Of a stretch of DNA of 64,000 nucleotides, positions 53,001 to 64,000 are shown piece after piece. Location of the stretch: assembly GCA_904063045.1 (NCBI GenBank), contig CAJFCJ010000008.1, positions 1,054,001-1,118,000 of the forward strand, given 5' to 3'. The notes under the pieces are model-generated. The model was not told the DNA's origin. It searched no databases and saw only the letters and a list, made by a program, of their open reading frames with translations. The position numbers and the translations under genes were made by a program. How positions within the stretch are numbered: the stretch's first letter is position 1; each line of letters begins with the position of its first letter. Source of the DNA: Dimorphilus gyrociliatus. Its lineage: Eukaryota; Animalia; Annelida.

Positions 53001-54410
53001 AAGCACTGGAAGCTCTTCATATTCAGGACTTGGAACTTCTTTACAGGGCTCAAAATTGTCATTTTCTGGTGACAAATAACCTAAAAATATAATAACAATC
53101 ATGTTTAAATTAACAGTTTAGAAAGTGATATTAAAGTTGAAGATTTTACCCTCAGATTCTGAAGAGGAGTAGCGAACTCTAGACTGAGGTTGCCTGTTTG
53201 GCCGGGGTGGTAGTTGAGGTGGTGAAGAAGGCGGGGAAACGTTCATATTGGCCTTTTTTTCTTTATTCTGATCGATACTAAATGGGAAAGAATTGTTAAT
53301 AGTATATATATATATTAGCATATAAGAATTTTATAAAATATACAACATATTCTGGACGTGCAAGTAAAGAATTATAGGAAAGAGAAAGACAGTAAAAACA
53401 ACACAACTACGAACAAAATTTCTTTACCTTTGTAACTCTTTTAAGCTCTTTTTTGAGTGAAATACATAAGAAAATATTCATAAAGTTACCGACTGGTGTC
53501 TGACTATTTTTTAAAGGCTCAATTTTCTTCCTTTTTCAGTGTTTAACGAAATGTACAGGCCAAATCTTTATTACACACAAAAAAAGATTTGAATATGTGT
53601 AAAATACTCCCCATTCTTCAAAACTTATTTATGTGTACAGAAATTTGCTATGCTATATATATATATATGTTATATATGCTATATATATTTAGCATTCAAA
53701 TTGAAAAGGTCGAGGTAACGATTAACTTTAACAACAGCACATTTAACTAGCGTTAAAAAGAAAAAATATTTTCATTAATACACAAGACAATTAATATTTT
53801 AACACAAGTCTTTGTTGATTAAAAGTCAAATGATATTTATCAATTTTTCTATTTAAAGAGATAATTCTCTAAAATGTTATAGATTTACATAATCACTTCT
53901 AAATCTCTTTTATATTAATATTTACCTTAAGAGCTTATTTAAGAACAAATCTCCGAATGTTACACTAATTCTCCTGCCAAGTCTAATGCCAATTTCTGTT
54001 AATTTTGATTTCTTTCTCTTTCGCACTTTCTCATTTTCTTTTTCAGATTCTTTTGGCTTTTCTTCTGTTTTTTCTTCTTTTTTTGACCAATTCCAAAGTG
54101 TTAAGCCGCTTGTCCGTCTTCTAGTTGGAAATTCTAATGATTCATACTGAACATCTTCAAACGATGAACTCTTACGTATTTCATTTGCAATTTGAATATC
54201 ATCAAAAATCTTTAATAATCCCTGAACATTTCCAATCGAATTTGAGCGACTTAATTTTTTCTTTAATGTTTTCTTTCTTTCCTCTGTTATTGTTACAACG
54301 TGCATTGATTCAGTAGTCTTTGGTAAATCTATTAAAGTTCTTGTTGGTTCTATATGGGATATCCTCTTAACTTCATCGTAGTTATTTTCATATATTTGAT
54401 TCTCATCCAT
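50020..54410 (-). CDS. BLNK: BLNK/SLP-76-family adaptor with Tyr motifs, Pro-rich linkers and two SH2 domains
   Basis: C-terminal SH2 PWYHGDISRK..NGSFLIRKSTGGNQKQPFTL..FAIGEEKLDEPNFQTLSEL. Internal SH2 PWYHGNITRP..DGTFLIRDSQKANQPYTI..YAIGEEKPNEEYFPSVATMI. Motifs IYEN, YDEV, YESL, YEEL and YLEP. Middle exons (about 50750-52050) are not fully resolved. Confidence 0.8.
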
Positions 54411-55206
54411 TAATAAAATTGTTCTTCGGTTCTTCGACTATAAACTATATAGAATAATGAAAAAAAACTTGATTGATAATGTTGAATGCAGAAAATTAGT
54501 CCTGTTTCTCTAAATACTAAAGCTCTTATGATTTTGGGTTTTGTTCTAAGAATATACATCTGGGAATTATGAACTTTTACTATCTTTCAACTTTGACAAC
54601 AATTTTTTTTCATATTAGAGAAAGCATAAATTATCGATTCTATTCTTTAAACAATATAACGGCTACTTTGTTATCGTTTATCTACGCAACGATTCAATAT
54701 GTTATAATTGAATATTTTATATTGTTTCTAGAAGAATTTCTACTTCTAGAATCTTAATCCTGATAATAACACTAAAAAAGTAATAAGAAGTAGATAATTA
54801 ATTGGTAAAAAATATATTCAAAAAACACCTTTTCGAACAAAATCTCTAATAGGTATCGAGTTAGTTAGTAGAGCTTGCACATCAGATATAAAATAATAAA
54901 AACTAACCGCGTCAATCGTGAGGTAATGATTGATAAGAGTTTAAATATAGCTCATAAAACAAAAATGTCACGAGTCTAAAGTAAAGTTGAGAAACAATTA
55001 GATGTTAATTCTGTATATTCAACTTTAATTATCTTCTCTTTTGTTTTTTGACGATAAATATTAAAAGAACGTAGTTTTTGATGCAATTGTAAAATCTATT
55101 TTTAAATTTCCCCTCTATTTCTAGCTATAAGTAACGAAACGATTTTTATTCATATTAACATTTAGATTTGCTTTTTCACTTAGTGAAGTTGATGACTACA
55201 ACGAGC

Positions 55207-55215
55207 ACCGGAAGT
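55207..55215 (+). promoter_or_regulatory. ETS consensus site upstream of the BLNK-like gene
   Basis: Perfect ACCGGAAGT between the MRPL43 3' end and the BLNK-like 5' region. Confidence 0.35.
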
Positions 55216-55458
55216 TTACTATCTCAACAAACACTCTTATATTACAATCTTAGTTCTATAAATATTTCTACTCTATATACACATTATAGTAATATTTATG
55301 TTTTACGGTTTCTTAACCTAAATTGAATAGCAAAATCATATCAAGTTATTCAAAGTCTTTAGCTTCTGAGATGCAAAAAAGATTGTTTTTTAATTCTATT
55401 CTTATGTATTTTCCTCTCAAGAAAAGTTATGTAAAAATGTAATGTAAACATAAAGCCA

Positions 55459-56212
55459 TTAAGTTGTTTTCTTCATATCTTTTTCTCTTAAGTTTTTAGC
55501 TAATTCCAGTAACTTTTCGGTCGCTGTTAACTCATCTCTTTTCATTTCCAATAATTTTTTGTCAGTGTAATCTGAAATGTTCATTGAAGAATCTTTATTC
55601 GTCCAAGGTGTCCATACTCCTTGGATTGAGGGTGAATCTGTATGTTGGCTTTTTCGTAATCGTACAATTTCAATGCCTGATCTCGTTCTCAGATGTTCCA
55701 ACCATTTCATGATATCATCAGGATTTAGGCAATTAATATTTTTTACAACAGTGTTTCCATTTAAAAATTCGGCCACGACTCTAGCAGTGTGATGTCTTCT
55801 CGGTTGTATATAAACTGCTGTACCTGGATTTTCTCTTGAGAAGTCAATAAGATGCTTTTCTATGTAGTCTCTGAGAATAAAAAAGTTATTAAGTTCACAT
55901 TCTATGTAGAAAACATTTTTCTGGTTTATAAATTTTTCTATATTGACCTTCAGTTTTATGCATTAGCTTAAAACATTCCAAGTGTCAATTTTTTTGCAGT
56001 TTATATATTTACTACGAGCACCATGCCTTTGGCAGACAACTTTCAAAAATTTTATATTGATAATCAACGAATCTAAGTTACCTTGTGCCTCTGCTTCCAC
56101 CTGAAGATTTACAAAATTTAAATGTTAATCTTTGCAGTTGACATACATATCGGCCAGCTCCATTCTGCAGGACGCTTTTTACAAAATCACTTGGTATTGC
56201 TCGACCGGACAT
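55459..56212 (-). CDS. MRPL43: Mitochondrial ribosomal protein L43, 2 coding exons
   Basis: [29 protein letters not shown]|[44 protein letters not shown]. Confidence 0.95.
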
Positions 56213-56957
56213 GCTGCGACCTTCACCTAAATTAGTATTATAATTATTTTCGTATTTTTTTGTAAATAAAAAAAATGCATCAGTTTATTCATGTGTTCTT
56301 TATCATTCAAATAATTTTAATTAACTAATGGTAAAATTATGTTTCTGAACGTAAAAAAGAAGAGTAATGTAGCCCCTCTGACATCTGGCGGTAAAAAGTT
56401 AAGGAGGTGGGGAGTGAAGTGCTTTTCAACGACAAAAACAAAGTCATAACTTTTTCATTCAACGATGAAATAAGAGAGAAAAAATAAGATACACAGAAAC
56501 AGTACCATGGGAGGGGTATAGAAGATGCCTGCAGTCAGGCTGAGTGAGTGGAGAAAGGCTATTGAAACATTATAATTAAGGTGAAAAGGCCCCTATAAGA
56601 TATAATTAGTTCAATTTACGTTAAATAAGTAAACTAACAAGATTTTACTTAATTAAGAAAATGGATGGATAAAAATAAAAAATTTAAAATTACTTTTAAG
56701 TAGCTTAATTTTAAAAGTATAGATAAGGAGAATTATAAGAATTTAAATTAATTAGTTTCTAATTTAAACAGCTCTTTATCTAAGAAATTACAAATTAAAC
56801 TTTATATAAGAAACGAACAAAAACAATTTTCCTTTCTAGTTTCAATGTTGTTTGATTATTTTACTACTATTAGAAAATATATTTTATATAGAGGGCGCTG
56901 TTCTATAAAAAATGACTCAGATATTATAGCAAGTTAAAATTCTTATTGAAAAGAGGA

Positions 56958-57433
56958 ATGGCGGCCACTACGGCACTGATCGTACAAAGGATTAATTTGG
57001 CTAAAGATACTCAATGCTTAGGTTGAAATTCTTCACATATAGATTTAAATATATTCATTTATAAATATACTAACAAAAATTTACAATTTATACATTATAT
57101 CTCACTTTATAAGCATAGTATATCAAACTTTTTTTTTCAGATCTGAACAATTGTGATCTTGTTAAAATTCCCGATGCCGTTTATTTTTTATTAAAAGGCA
57201 CACCCATTTATGAAATTAATCTATCCGATAATCTATTAGAAAAAATACCTGAAAAATTTTATAAAGCATTTAATTTGTTAAAAAAGTTAAAGTTAAAAAA
57301 TAACAAATTAAAAAGTTTAGGTAAATTAGAGTTCTTGAATAAACTCGAAGAATTAGATATTAGAAATAATGAATTTGATGATGAAACAAAACAATATCTG
57401 TCAACAATTTCTGATTATAAAGTTGAATATTGA
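56958..57433 (+). CDS. LRRC20: Small leucine-rich-repeat protein, LRRC20-like, exons 56958-57021 and 57141-57433; absent from the ORF track
   Basis: MAATTALIVQRINLAKDTQCL|DLNNCDLVKIPDAVYFLLKGTPIYEINLSDNLLEKIP...LKLKNNKL..LEELDIRNNEF. The phase-1 GT-AG intron fits. Confidence 0.8.
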
Positions 57434-58101
57434 AAATAATATTTTGTGTTTGTGAGCATGATTATTATTGGTTGGCTTTCTTATGTTTAAAAGAAGGAAA
57501 TAAACTTAAAAGTATGCCTATGAATAGTAAAGAATATAATAGAATTATAATCAACTTCATATCATAGATGATATCTGGCTTTGTAATAGTAGATCTGGAT
57601 ATTTTCACATACAAAAACAATTATAATTTATATAGCTGAAACTGGCTCTTTGGAAAGAGACATTTTCTAATGGAAACAAGATTATAGGATATGATCATTC
57701 GAATTATTTAATAAATCTATAACAAATAATAATGTTGTCAGCTATTGATAAAGTGTACATTTTCGTTTACCATGATGCAACAAAGTTAAAGCAACAAAAA
57801 AAACGTCGAACTATTTCTCAATGCTGATTGGCTGTTAAAAATATCAACTTGTAAATAAGAAAGATGGCCGAGCGGAATTTTAAATAGCGACGTGTTTCAT
57901 CCTTACTGCAGCTGTTTAGTTGGGCAATAAGAAATGAATATAGTGCCACATGCGACAGTAAGTTTTGATTATTTATTAGGAAAATACATCGTAATTTACT
58001 AATTACTGTAACATATTTATTTATCATTATCATGGTACTGTCAATATACTATGTATTCACTAAAGATTTTCTTGAGTCAACTAATACTGTGTTTCCAGCA
58101 G

Positions 58102-58845
58102 ATGATGTCGCAACCAAAAGCCATGAAATGCGTAGTTGTCGGCGATGGAACAGTGGGAAAAACATGCATGTTAATATCGTATACTACTGATAGTTTTCCG
58201 GGAGAGTATGTTCCTACTGTGTGAGTAATATAGCATCACTTGGCTTAATCATACTCCGTATAATAGCTTTGATCCTTTATGACTCTGTTTTATTTATCCA
58301 GATTTGATAACTATACAGCATCTCTAATGGTTGATGGAATATCTGTAAATTTAGGTCTTTGGGATACAGCAGGACAAGAAGATTATGACAGATTAAGACC
58401 TTTATCATATCCACAAACCGACATCTTCCTTATCTGCTTTAGCGTTGTCAGTCCACCGTCTTTCGATAATGTTACGACCAAATGGTGCAAAGAAATTAGG
58501 CACCATTGTCCAGACGCACCAGTCGTTTTGGTTGGTTAGTAAGAAAATATTCATACTTTATCTATCTCATTAAGTCTCTGGTTTATAACGAATCTACATT
58601 TTACAGGCACAAAAATAGATTTGAGGGAAGATAAAGGAACATTATCGGAATTATCTTCGCAAAACCTGCAGCCAATAAAAAGGGAACAGGGCGTTAAACT
58701 AGCTTCGAAAATTCGGGCTGTAAAGTACATGGAATGTTCAGCATTAACGCAAAGAGGACTGAAACAAGTATTCGAAGAAGCGGTTAGAGCTGTATTATCA
58801 CCTCAGCCGCAAATTAAACAGCAAAGAAAATGTACATTACTCTAG
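58102..58845 (+). CDS. Mtl: Rac-like Rho GTPase of the Mtl/MIG-2 (RhoG-related) clade, 3 exons
   Basis: [89 protein letters not shown] and CAAX box CTLL. Confidence 0.93.
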
Positions 58846-59610
58846 GAATTATTTAGTTTGGAAATTTTTTTCGTGCTATATACAGTATATGTTGCTAGTC
58901 GAGGAGTATTTTCGTTTTTTTTTTCTGCCGATTTTTCGGTAACAAAAAGTTATTTTTTATCAATTTTTGTTTGTTTGTTTATTATTTAGAATTTTGCTTC
59001 AAAAGCGTAAATGAGAAATGCTAAAATTAGATCTTTCTTCTTCTTTTTTATACTTAAAGTATACAAAACTATATATATATATAGTATATACAATCTGTTT
59101 ACCTACAGATGGAGCTGAATATCTCTTTTTAATTAAATTTGTTCTCGATTGTGATACTAGTCTATATATCGTCGTGTTTAATTATCTTGTCACTGTAAGC
59201 AAATGCACAAAAATTCGTTTGTAAACGAAAAAATTGGTTAGTAGAATGAAACTTAAAAAAAAATATTCTTTTTTTTTCTCGCTTCAAAACGCAAAGTTTG
59301 TATTTTATGCCAGGAGATCACAACTACTTCGTTTTTTTTAAATAAACAGTTGCATTGTTGTTGCAAAAAAAAAATAAAGTAATTTTTCGAGTAACAGTAT
59401 GAGTTGAATTAGAATAAGAACGAGAGAGAAAGGGAAGAAGTGTTCGTGTCTATCACTCTCTATACATTGACGTCGCAAACGAAGGGAAAATTTTTTCACT
59501 CAAGTTATCATATAAACTATGAGTACTAGATGGCAATACACGTATTGGTTCTCCTTCTTAAAGCTTTGCAGAAGAAAATCCATCTAATAAGTAACATATA
59601 TATACATATA

Positions 59611-59645
<35 letters not shown>

Positions 59646-59746
59646 GTATATATATTTAGATACAAATAACATTTTTCCCATAAATTTTGTGGTAGCACCT
59701 CAAAAGGAGAGGAAGCAATTGACTTTTCTTTTATTTAGCAGTTTGT

Positions 59747-60813
59747 TTATGTAAAAAGAGTATGAGAAACATGGCTGAAAAAGAAAAATTGAGATACTTA
59801 GCTGTTATTAAGTTAGGCAGTAAATTTGAAAGCACTTACTTCCTATAAACGTCACAAACACCAACTGGTACTTATTCAGTTTGAATAACACAGGTCCAGA
59901 TTCCTCGCCTTTCGATGACTCGACGTCGCAAAAAAAGACGATAAAACCTGAGATTAAAGAAGCTACAAGGGCGAAGGCACTAAATAAATCCGTTTGCCCA
60001 ACTTCTGACCGTTTTTCCACATTAACTAAATGATCAATAAATTGACAAAACGATTTACTTGTTATTTGATGAACATGTATATCAATATGTAAGTTTTGTT
60101 TACCTGTCAGGCTATCGCTTTCTTTGGGTTTTGTGGTTTTTTGACTCTTATCAGCATTAGATTCATTATCAGTTGATAAAGAATCTTTATCTTTGTCATA
60201 GACAACTCGACATGAAATTTTCTCTTCACCTTTTAAAGAAAAGAGGAAGGATATATTTTAAACAAAAGGGATATGGCAGCAAAGAGTAACAAATTTGTCA
60301 GTTCTATTAAATTTTCCAATGTATCAAAAAGCAAACTTACTAAGCTTATTTTGTTTACTATCCACCCGCATGAGTAGTACAGAATCATATTTTCCAATAT
60401 TATATTCGTTGATTTGCATATGTCGTACTTCTCTATTTAATCGAAAAAACATAGTTTTTTATTATTATTATAATAGATAGGTCATGAAGTTGAAAATAGA
60501 AATAGTGTCCAACTTACAATAAAAATGTGTTTCGAGGTGGAACATGAAAAAATTGTCTGGACAACTGCAGCCTTTTTTTAGAACTTACTGAAGCTGTATG
60601 AATGTTATAGATTACGTTATTGTTTTCGGTTTGTAGAACGTAAAAACATTTACAGTGTTCTATAAATAAATTATCATATTAATAAACACCTTGAAAGTCA
60701 AATCTTGCATTCGACGGATTCATTACACGAATAGTTTGGACGCTGCATGATTCGGACGATTTAACGTAGAATAGAATTTCCTTTGGTAGAGCCACAAATG
60801 TTTTGTCTGTCAT
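59747..60813 (-). CDS. MSP-domain ER membrane protein, MOSPD1/3-like, 6 exons; almost absent from the ORF track
   Basis: ALPKEILFYV..QTIRVMNPSNARFDF..LEVRH (cf. FPTELIFY..LTLYNPYEFALKF..IVIRH). Two C-terminal hydrophobic helices end LVFVTFIG|TMFLITLFT. Exons 60813-60690, 60593(or 60659)-60518, 60432-60341, 60229-60104, 60025-59840 and 59775-59747 all join in phase. Confidence 0.8.
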
Positions 60814-61179
60814 CGTTCCTTGACCACTCTATTCAACATACGAAAATTTATTATTATTTCATAATCCAATGAAAGTATCTGTCAATTAAATTAGTATCAA
60901 CCTAAAAATCGTATTACATAATAAAAGTTTGTTGATTATCTTTAGGCTATAAACATTTCAATCGCAATAGCCTAATAAAGACAAAGAACATACTGATTTC
61001 TCTACTTACTGAAAATTATAAATCGTAATTTCTCTTGTCTTGCTTGAAACAAGCATTTGTTGATTTGAACGATTCCGTTAACGAGCTAAGCTTCTACTAA
61101 ATAATGATTGCAAGTTGTTTATTTACATCTGCAGATTTATTTCTTCGTAATGTTCAGCGACCTCGTTGTACAATAATGC

Positions 61180-61240
61180 AATGGCGGATACAGTATTTTC
61201 AAATGGCGTAAGATGTTTTCGTTAATGGCGGCCATTTTTG
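61180..61240. promoter_or_regulatory. Cluster of YY1-like ATGGCG/GCCAT motifs at the probable MOSPD-like promoter
   Basis: caATGGCGga, aaATGGCGta and taATGGCGGCCATtttt within about 60 bp. The last reads AAAATGGCCGC on the minus strand. Confidence 0.45.
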
Positions 61241-62049
61241 AATTATTTGTGAAGTCAGCATTAGAAGAAGGAATTTAAAATAATATTTTTCACAGAATAT
61301 TTTGCCTTTTTTTTTTAAAGTTTACCGCTTACTTTCGATTTGTAAAATATATTTAAATTATATTTACTTCGTACATAGGTTAAAAAACGATCAATACTAT
61401 TTTATAAATAAATGTATTTACTATAGCGTATATATAAATGTTATAAAATACAATAAGATGTCATAAATTAACAAAAATTCTTAGATGATTATTCCATATT
61501 GTACGTATCTAGGTTCTAAAAACAATATGTTGCTCTATTTTTCTGAAACGTAAATTATAATTATCCTTGTCCATCATTGATGGCAAAAATAAAAGAGAGG
61601 ATAACAAAATTGAAAGAATATTTTTAAAAGTAATATAAAATAAAGAGAATTTTCAATCAAAGACCTGTATGTGACACAAGGCACGCAAATTGAATTTTTC
61701 CTAGCCGTTACAATTAATGATCTGGGAAATGCCATGACTTGGACGTGACATTCTGTAAAATTATAATATCTTCATAGGAAAAACTTAATATAATGTAAAA
61801 GGCGAAAAAGAGAAAGAGAACAGAAAGATAAAATGAGTTAATGATGAAGAAAATGCATATGAAATTATGCATAGAAAAGACTTTGTTATTAGAAATAAGG
61901 ATGTTCATTATAACTAAAGAGATTTTTTTTTGAAAAGAAAACGAAATCTCATTAAACGATGAGCGATAAAGAATATACTTTGGAAAGTGGCACTGCGGCG
62001 AATCTTTGCAGTTCGCGTGCCTGTCAGCCAGAGGATTTTCATTCGCCCG

Positions 62050-63921
62050 ATGCGCTGCCCTGTGAAAATCGAACATTTTTCTTTTTTTTCTATAGCCACA
62101 TCTATAGCCCTTTCCATATGGACTATGTGCGAAAAAAGTTGGCTTTTGGGATATAGTACTTCGGATAAAACAGGCTCGGATTTAGTATTTGCTAAATTGT
62201 CTCCATGGTACTTGTGCGTAAAAGATTTAACGGAGACCATTTCTTGTTTTCGAATGTATGATTGGTACGATTCAAAACTTGGTAAGAAATCGAAACATAT
62301 CTTGACTGTAAATCGTTACGTATAGTTTAAAGAATTAATAAATAATATAGGCTTATCTTGATTACAGCTGGCCTTACTGCAAATCAGCATTTGGAATATT
62401 GGATAATCGGAGTTCTATTCATTACACTCATTCCTTCTGCCTTAGCGTCGTGCAAGTGCTCGTTTGTTAAACGATTTGACGAAGAGAGCAGAAGATTTTT
62501 ATTCATTCTTTTAGCATTTTCATGTAAGTCTCTTTTGTACAACTATATTTGCCATTTTTCCACCGTTGTAAGTCGATTTATCAAATTCATGGTTGGTTGA
62601 TGAAGCGTATTTGATAAAAGAAAGATTCTCCTCCATACGACTCATGCCTTGATATACCATTCAGTTTTCCTACTACTTTTTATACTCTTAAAAAACCATT
62701 GTCTTTTCCTTTTAATTCAATATAGACCCTTCCAATCTCCTTCTCCCCTTTCCGTTATTGGAATCTTTCATTAAATCTCTGGACTTAGCTTTCTTTTGGT
62801 TAATAGAAGACCTGCTAGCCAAGTTTAATTAGTGTTCGGAATCATTGTCCATCTTTAACGTTATAGGGAGGGAAAAAAACAACGTTTATATAGGCTTAAA
62901 TAGGAAATTTTTGGACTGATTAAAAAGGCATCATTAAATATTGCAGTCGATTTATACGTTCAATTTTTTTCTCCGTCAAATCGATCTTCGATTTGACGTT
63001 TTTTTTCAAACGATTAGAGATGGAAATTGCGTTTTTTCCGATGGACGAAAGAAAAAAGTGAATTCCGTGCGCATCGGTACAATAACGCCCGAAAGCCATA
63101 AAGGGAGTAGACGCCGCGGTGGATTAGAGCGGTTTGCTAGTGATAATTTGTGACGCCCGTAGCGCAGGAATGTTGCTGGCGGGAAATTAGACGATGGTCT
63201 GGGGCTTTTTCTAGAATCAACATATGGCATATAACGATAGTTTAAAATGTATAATGAGGCTTTCCCTCCCTTTGAAGTCCTGTGGGAAGCGTGATTACAA
63301 TATAAACTAATTCTTGACTGAAATGACGTCACAATTACAAGAGCCTTTTTCATTTCGTTGTAAACTTTTGAAGTTAGTTGTAAACGCTTTCCTAAGTATC
63401 GACGAATTCCATGATCAATATATTTATTCAATTAAGATACGTCCCTGATGATAAGACATACAAGATCCTCTATCCGTATTTCAATTATCCAGGGATATTT
63501 TAAATAGTAAGAACTCAGTTAGATCTGTAGGAGATCCTATCAAACAAAAGTCTTTTATCCCTATTGCCAAATAACTGATTACTTGTCCTATTTTTTCCAC
63601 ATAAATAAACAAATTATTTTCACTATCTCTTCAGCTCTCCTTACTTTGGCATCCATTATCGTATTCATCGTGACCTGTCAAAGAGGGGTTCAGGACCTAA
63701 CAACCGGAAAGAAGTTATCCAAAACCTTTAATTGGCCATTCTACATCCGTATTCTCGCGGGTCTCTTTTCCCTGGCCGCGCTCGTTTCTTGTCTAATCAA
63801 CGATATCCGATTGAGAAGACGTTCTGCCGATGAGAACGAATGCGACCCGGAAACGGTTACCTTTTTACAGGTAGAAGATGGAATTGACAAAGCGGAGTGT
63901 AACGAAACTGTACAATTATAA
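62050..63921 (+). CDS. Claudin/PMP22-superfamily tetraspan protein, exons 62050-62281, 62368-62523, 63635-63921
   Basis: W31 ... SPW-YL-C-x9-C in loop 1 (variant of W-GLW-C-C). Four hydrophobic segments and FNWPFY before TM4 (cf. YGWSFY). Phase-1 GT-AG introns fit. The start ATG is tentative. Confidence 0.72.
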
Positions 63922-64000
63922 TTTATGTATACAACAATTAGCTGATCACACAGTTTGTGTATAGTTACTTATTAAAGAAGGAACACGATGAAAAATAAGA

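Noticed and set aside
55874-56081. MRPL43 intron segment reading [11 protein letters not shown] as a duplicated exon or snoRNA
   Set aside because: The similarity is weak, there is an in-frame stop, and no paired C/D or H/ACA boxes are present.
59890-60033. Plus-strand exon-like frame PDSSPFDDSTSQKKTIKPE...
   Set aside because: It lies opposite a phase-consistent exon of the MOSPD-like gene and has no upstream partner exon.

Overview
AT-rich, very compact eukaryotic (animal, probably spiralian/annelid-type) DNA. Introns are mostly 50-100 bp GT-AG and there are about 21 protein-coding genes in 64 kb. A miniaturised genome such as Dimorphilus gyrociliatus would fit, but that is inference only. 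Gene order: DHCR24(+), a decayed partial DHCR24 5' duplicate, ATP5IF1(+), ELP4(-), COQ8(+), a double alpha-crystallin sHSP(+), an FN3+laminin-EGF membrane protein(-), an 8Ig+5FN3 receptor(+), a Lys/Ser-rich orphan(-), a calpain-5-like gene(+), EPHX1(-), UBAC2(+), NKAP(-), tankyrase(+), shootin-1(-), HSP90B1(-), a PI-PLC(-), a BLNK/SLP-76-like adaptor(-), MRPL43(-), LRRC20(+), an Mtl/MIG-2 Rac-like GTPase(+), a MOSPD1/3-like gene(-) and a claudin-superfamily tetraspan(+). Several of these are invisible or fragmentary in the ORF track and were rebuilt by hand from splice sites. Most unusual observations: (1) a PLC-delta-type enzyme whose only available start codon adds about three hydrophobic N-terminal helices, while the lipid-binding loop of its PH domain has become acidic; (2) a calpain with catalytic Cys->Ser and His->Gln; (3) a BLNK-type adaptor with two SH2 domains; (4) the GRP94 KDEL signal sitting on an 18-nt terminal coding exon, plus a mirror-symmetric ERSE-like promoter; (5) a decayed DHCR24 copy that keeps a perfect 54-nt block. 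No rRNA, tRNA, CRISPR array or recognisable transposon was seen. All homology calls come from remembered family motifs, not from searches.
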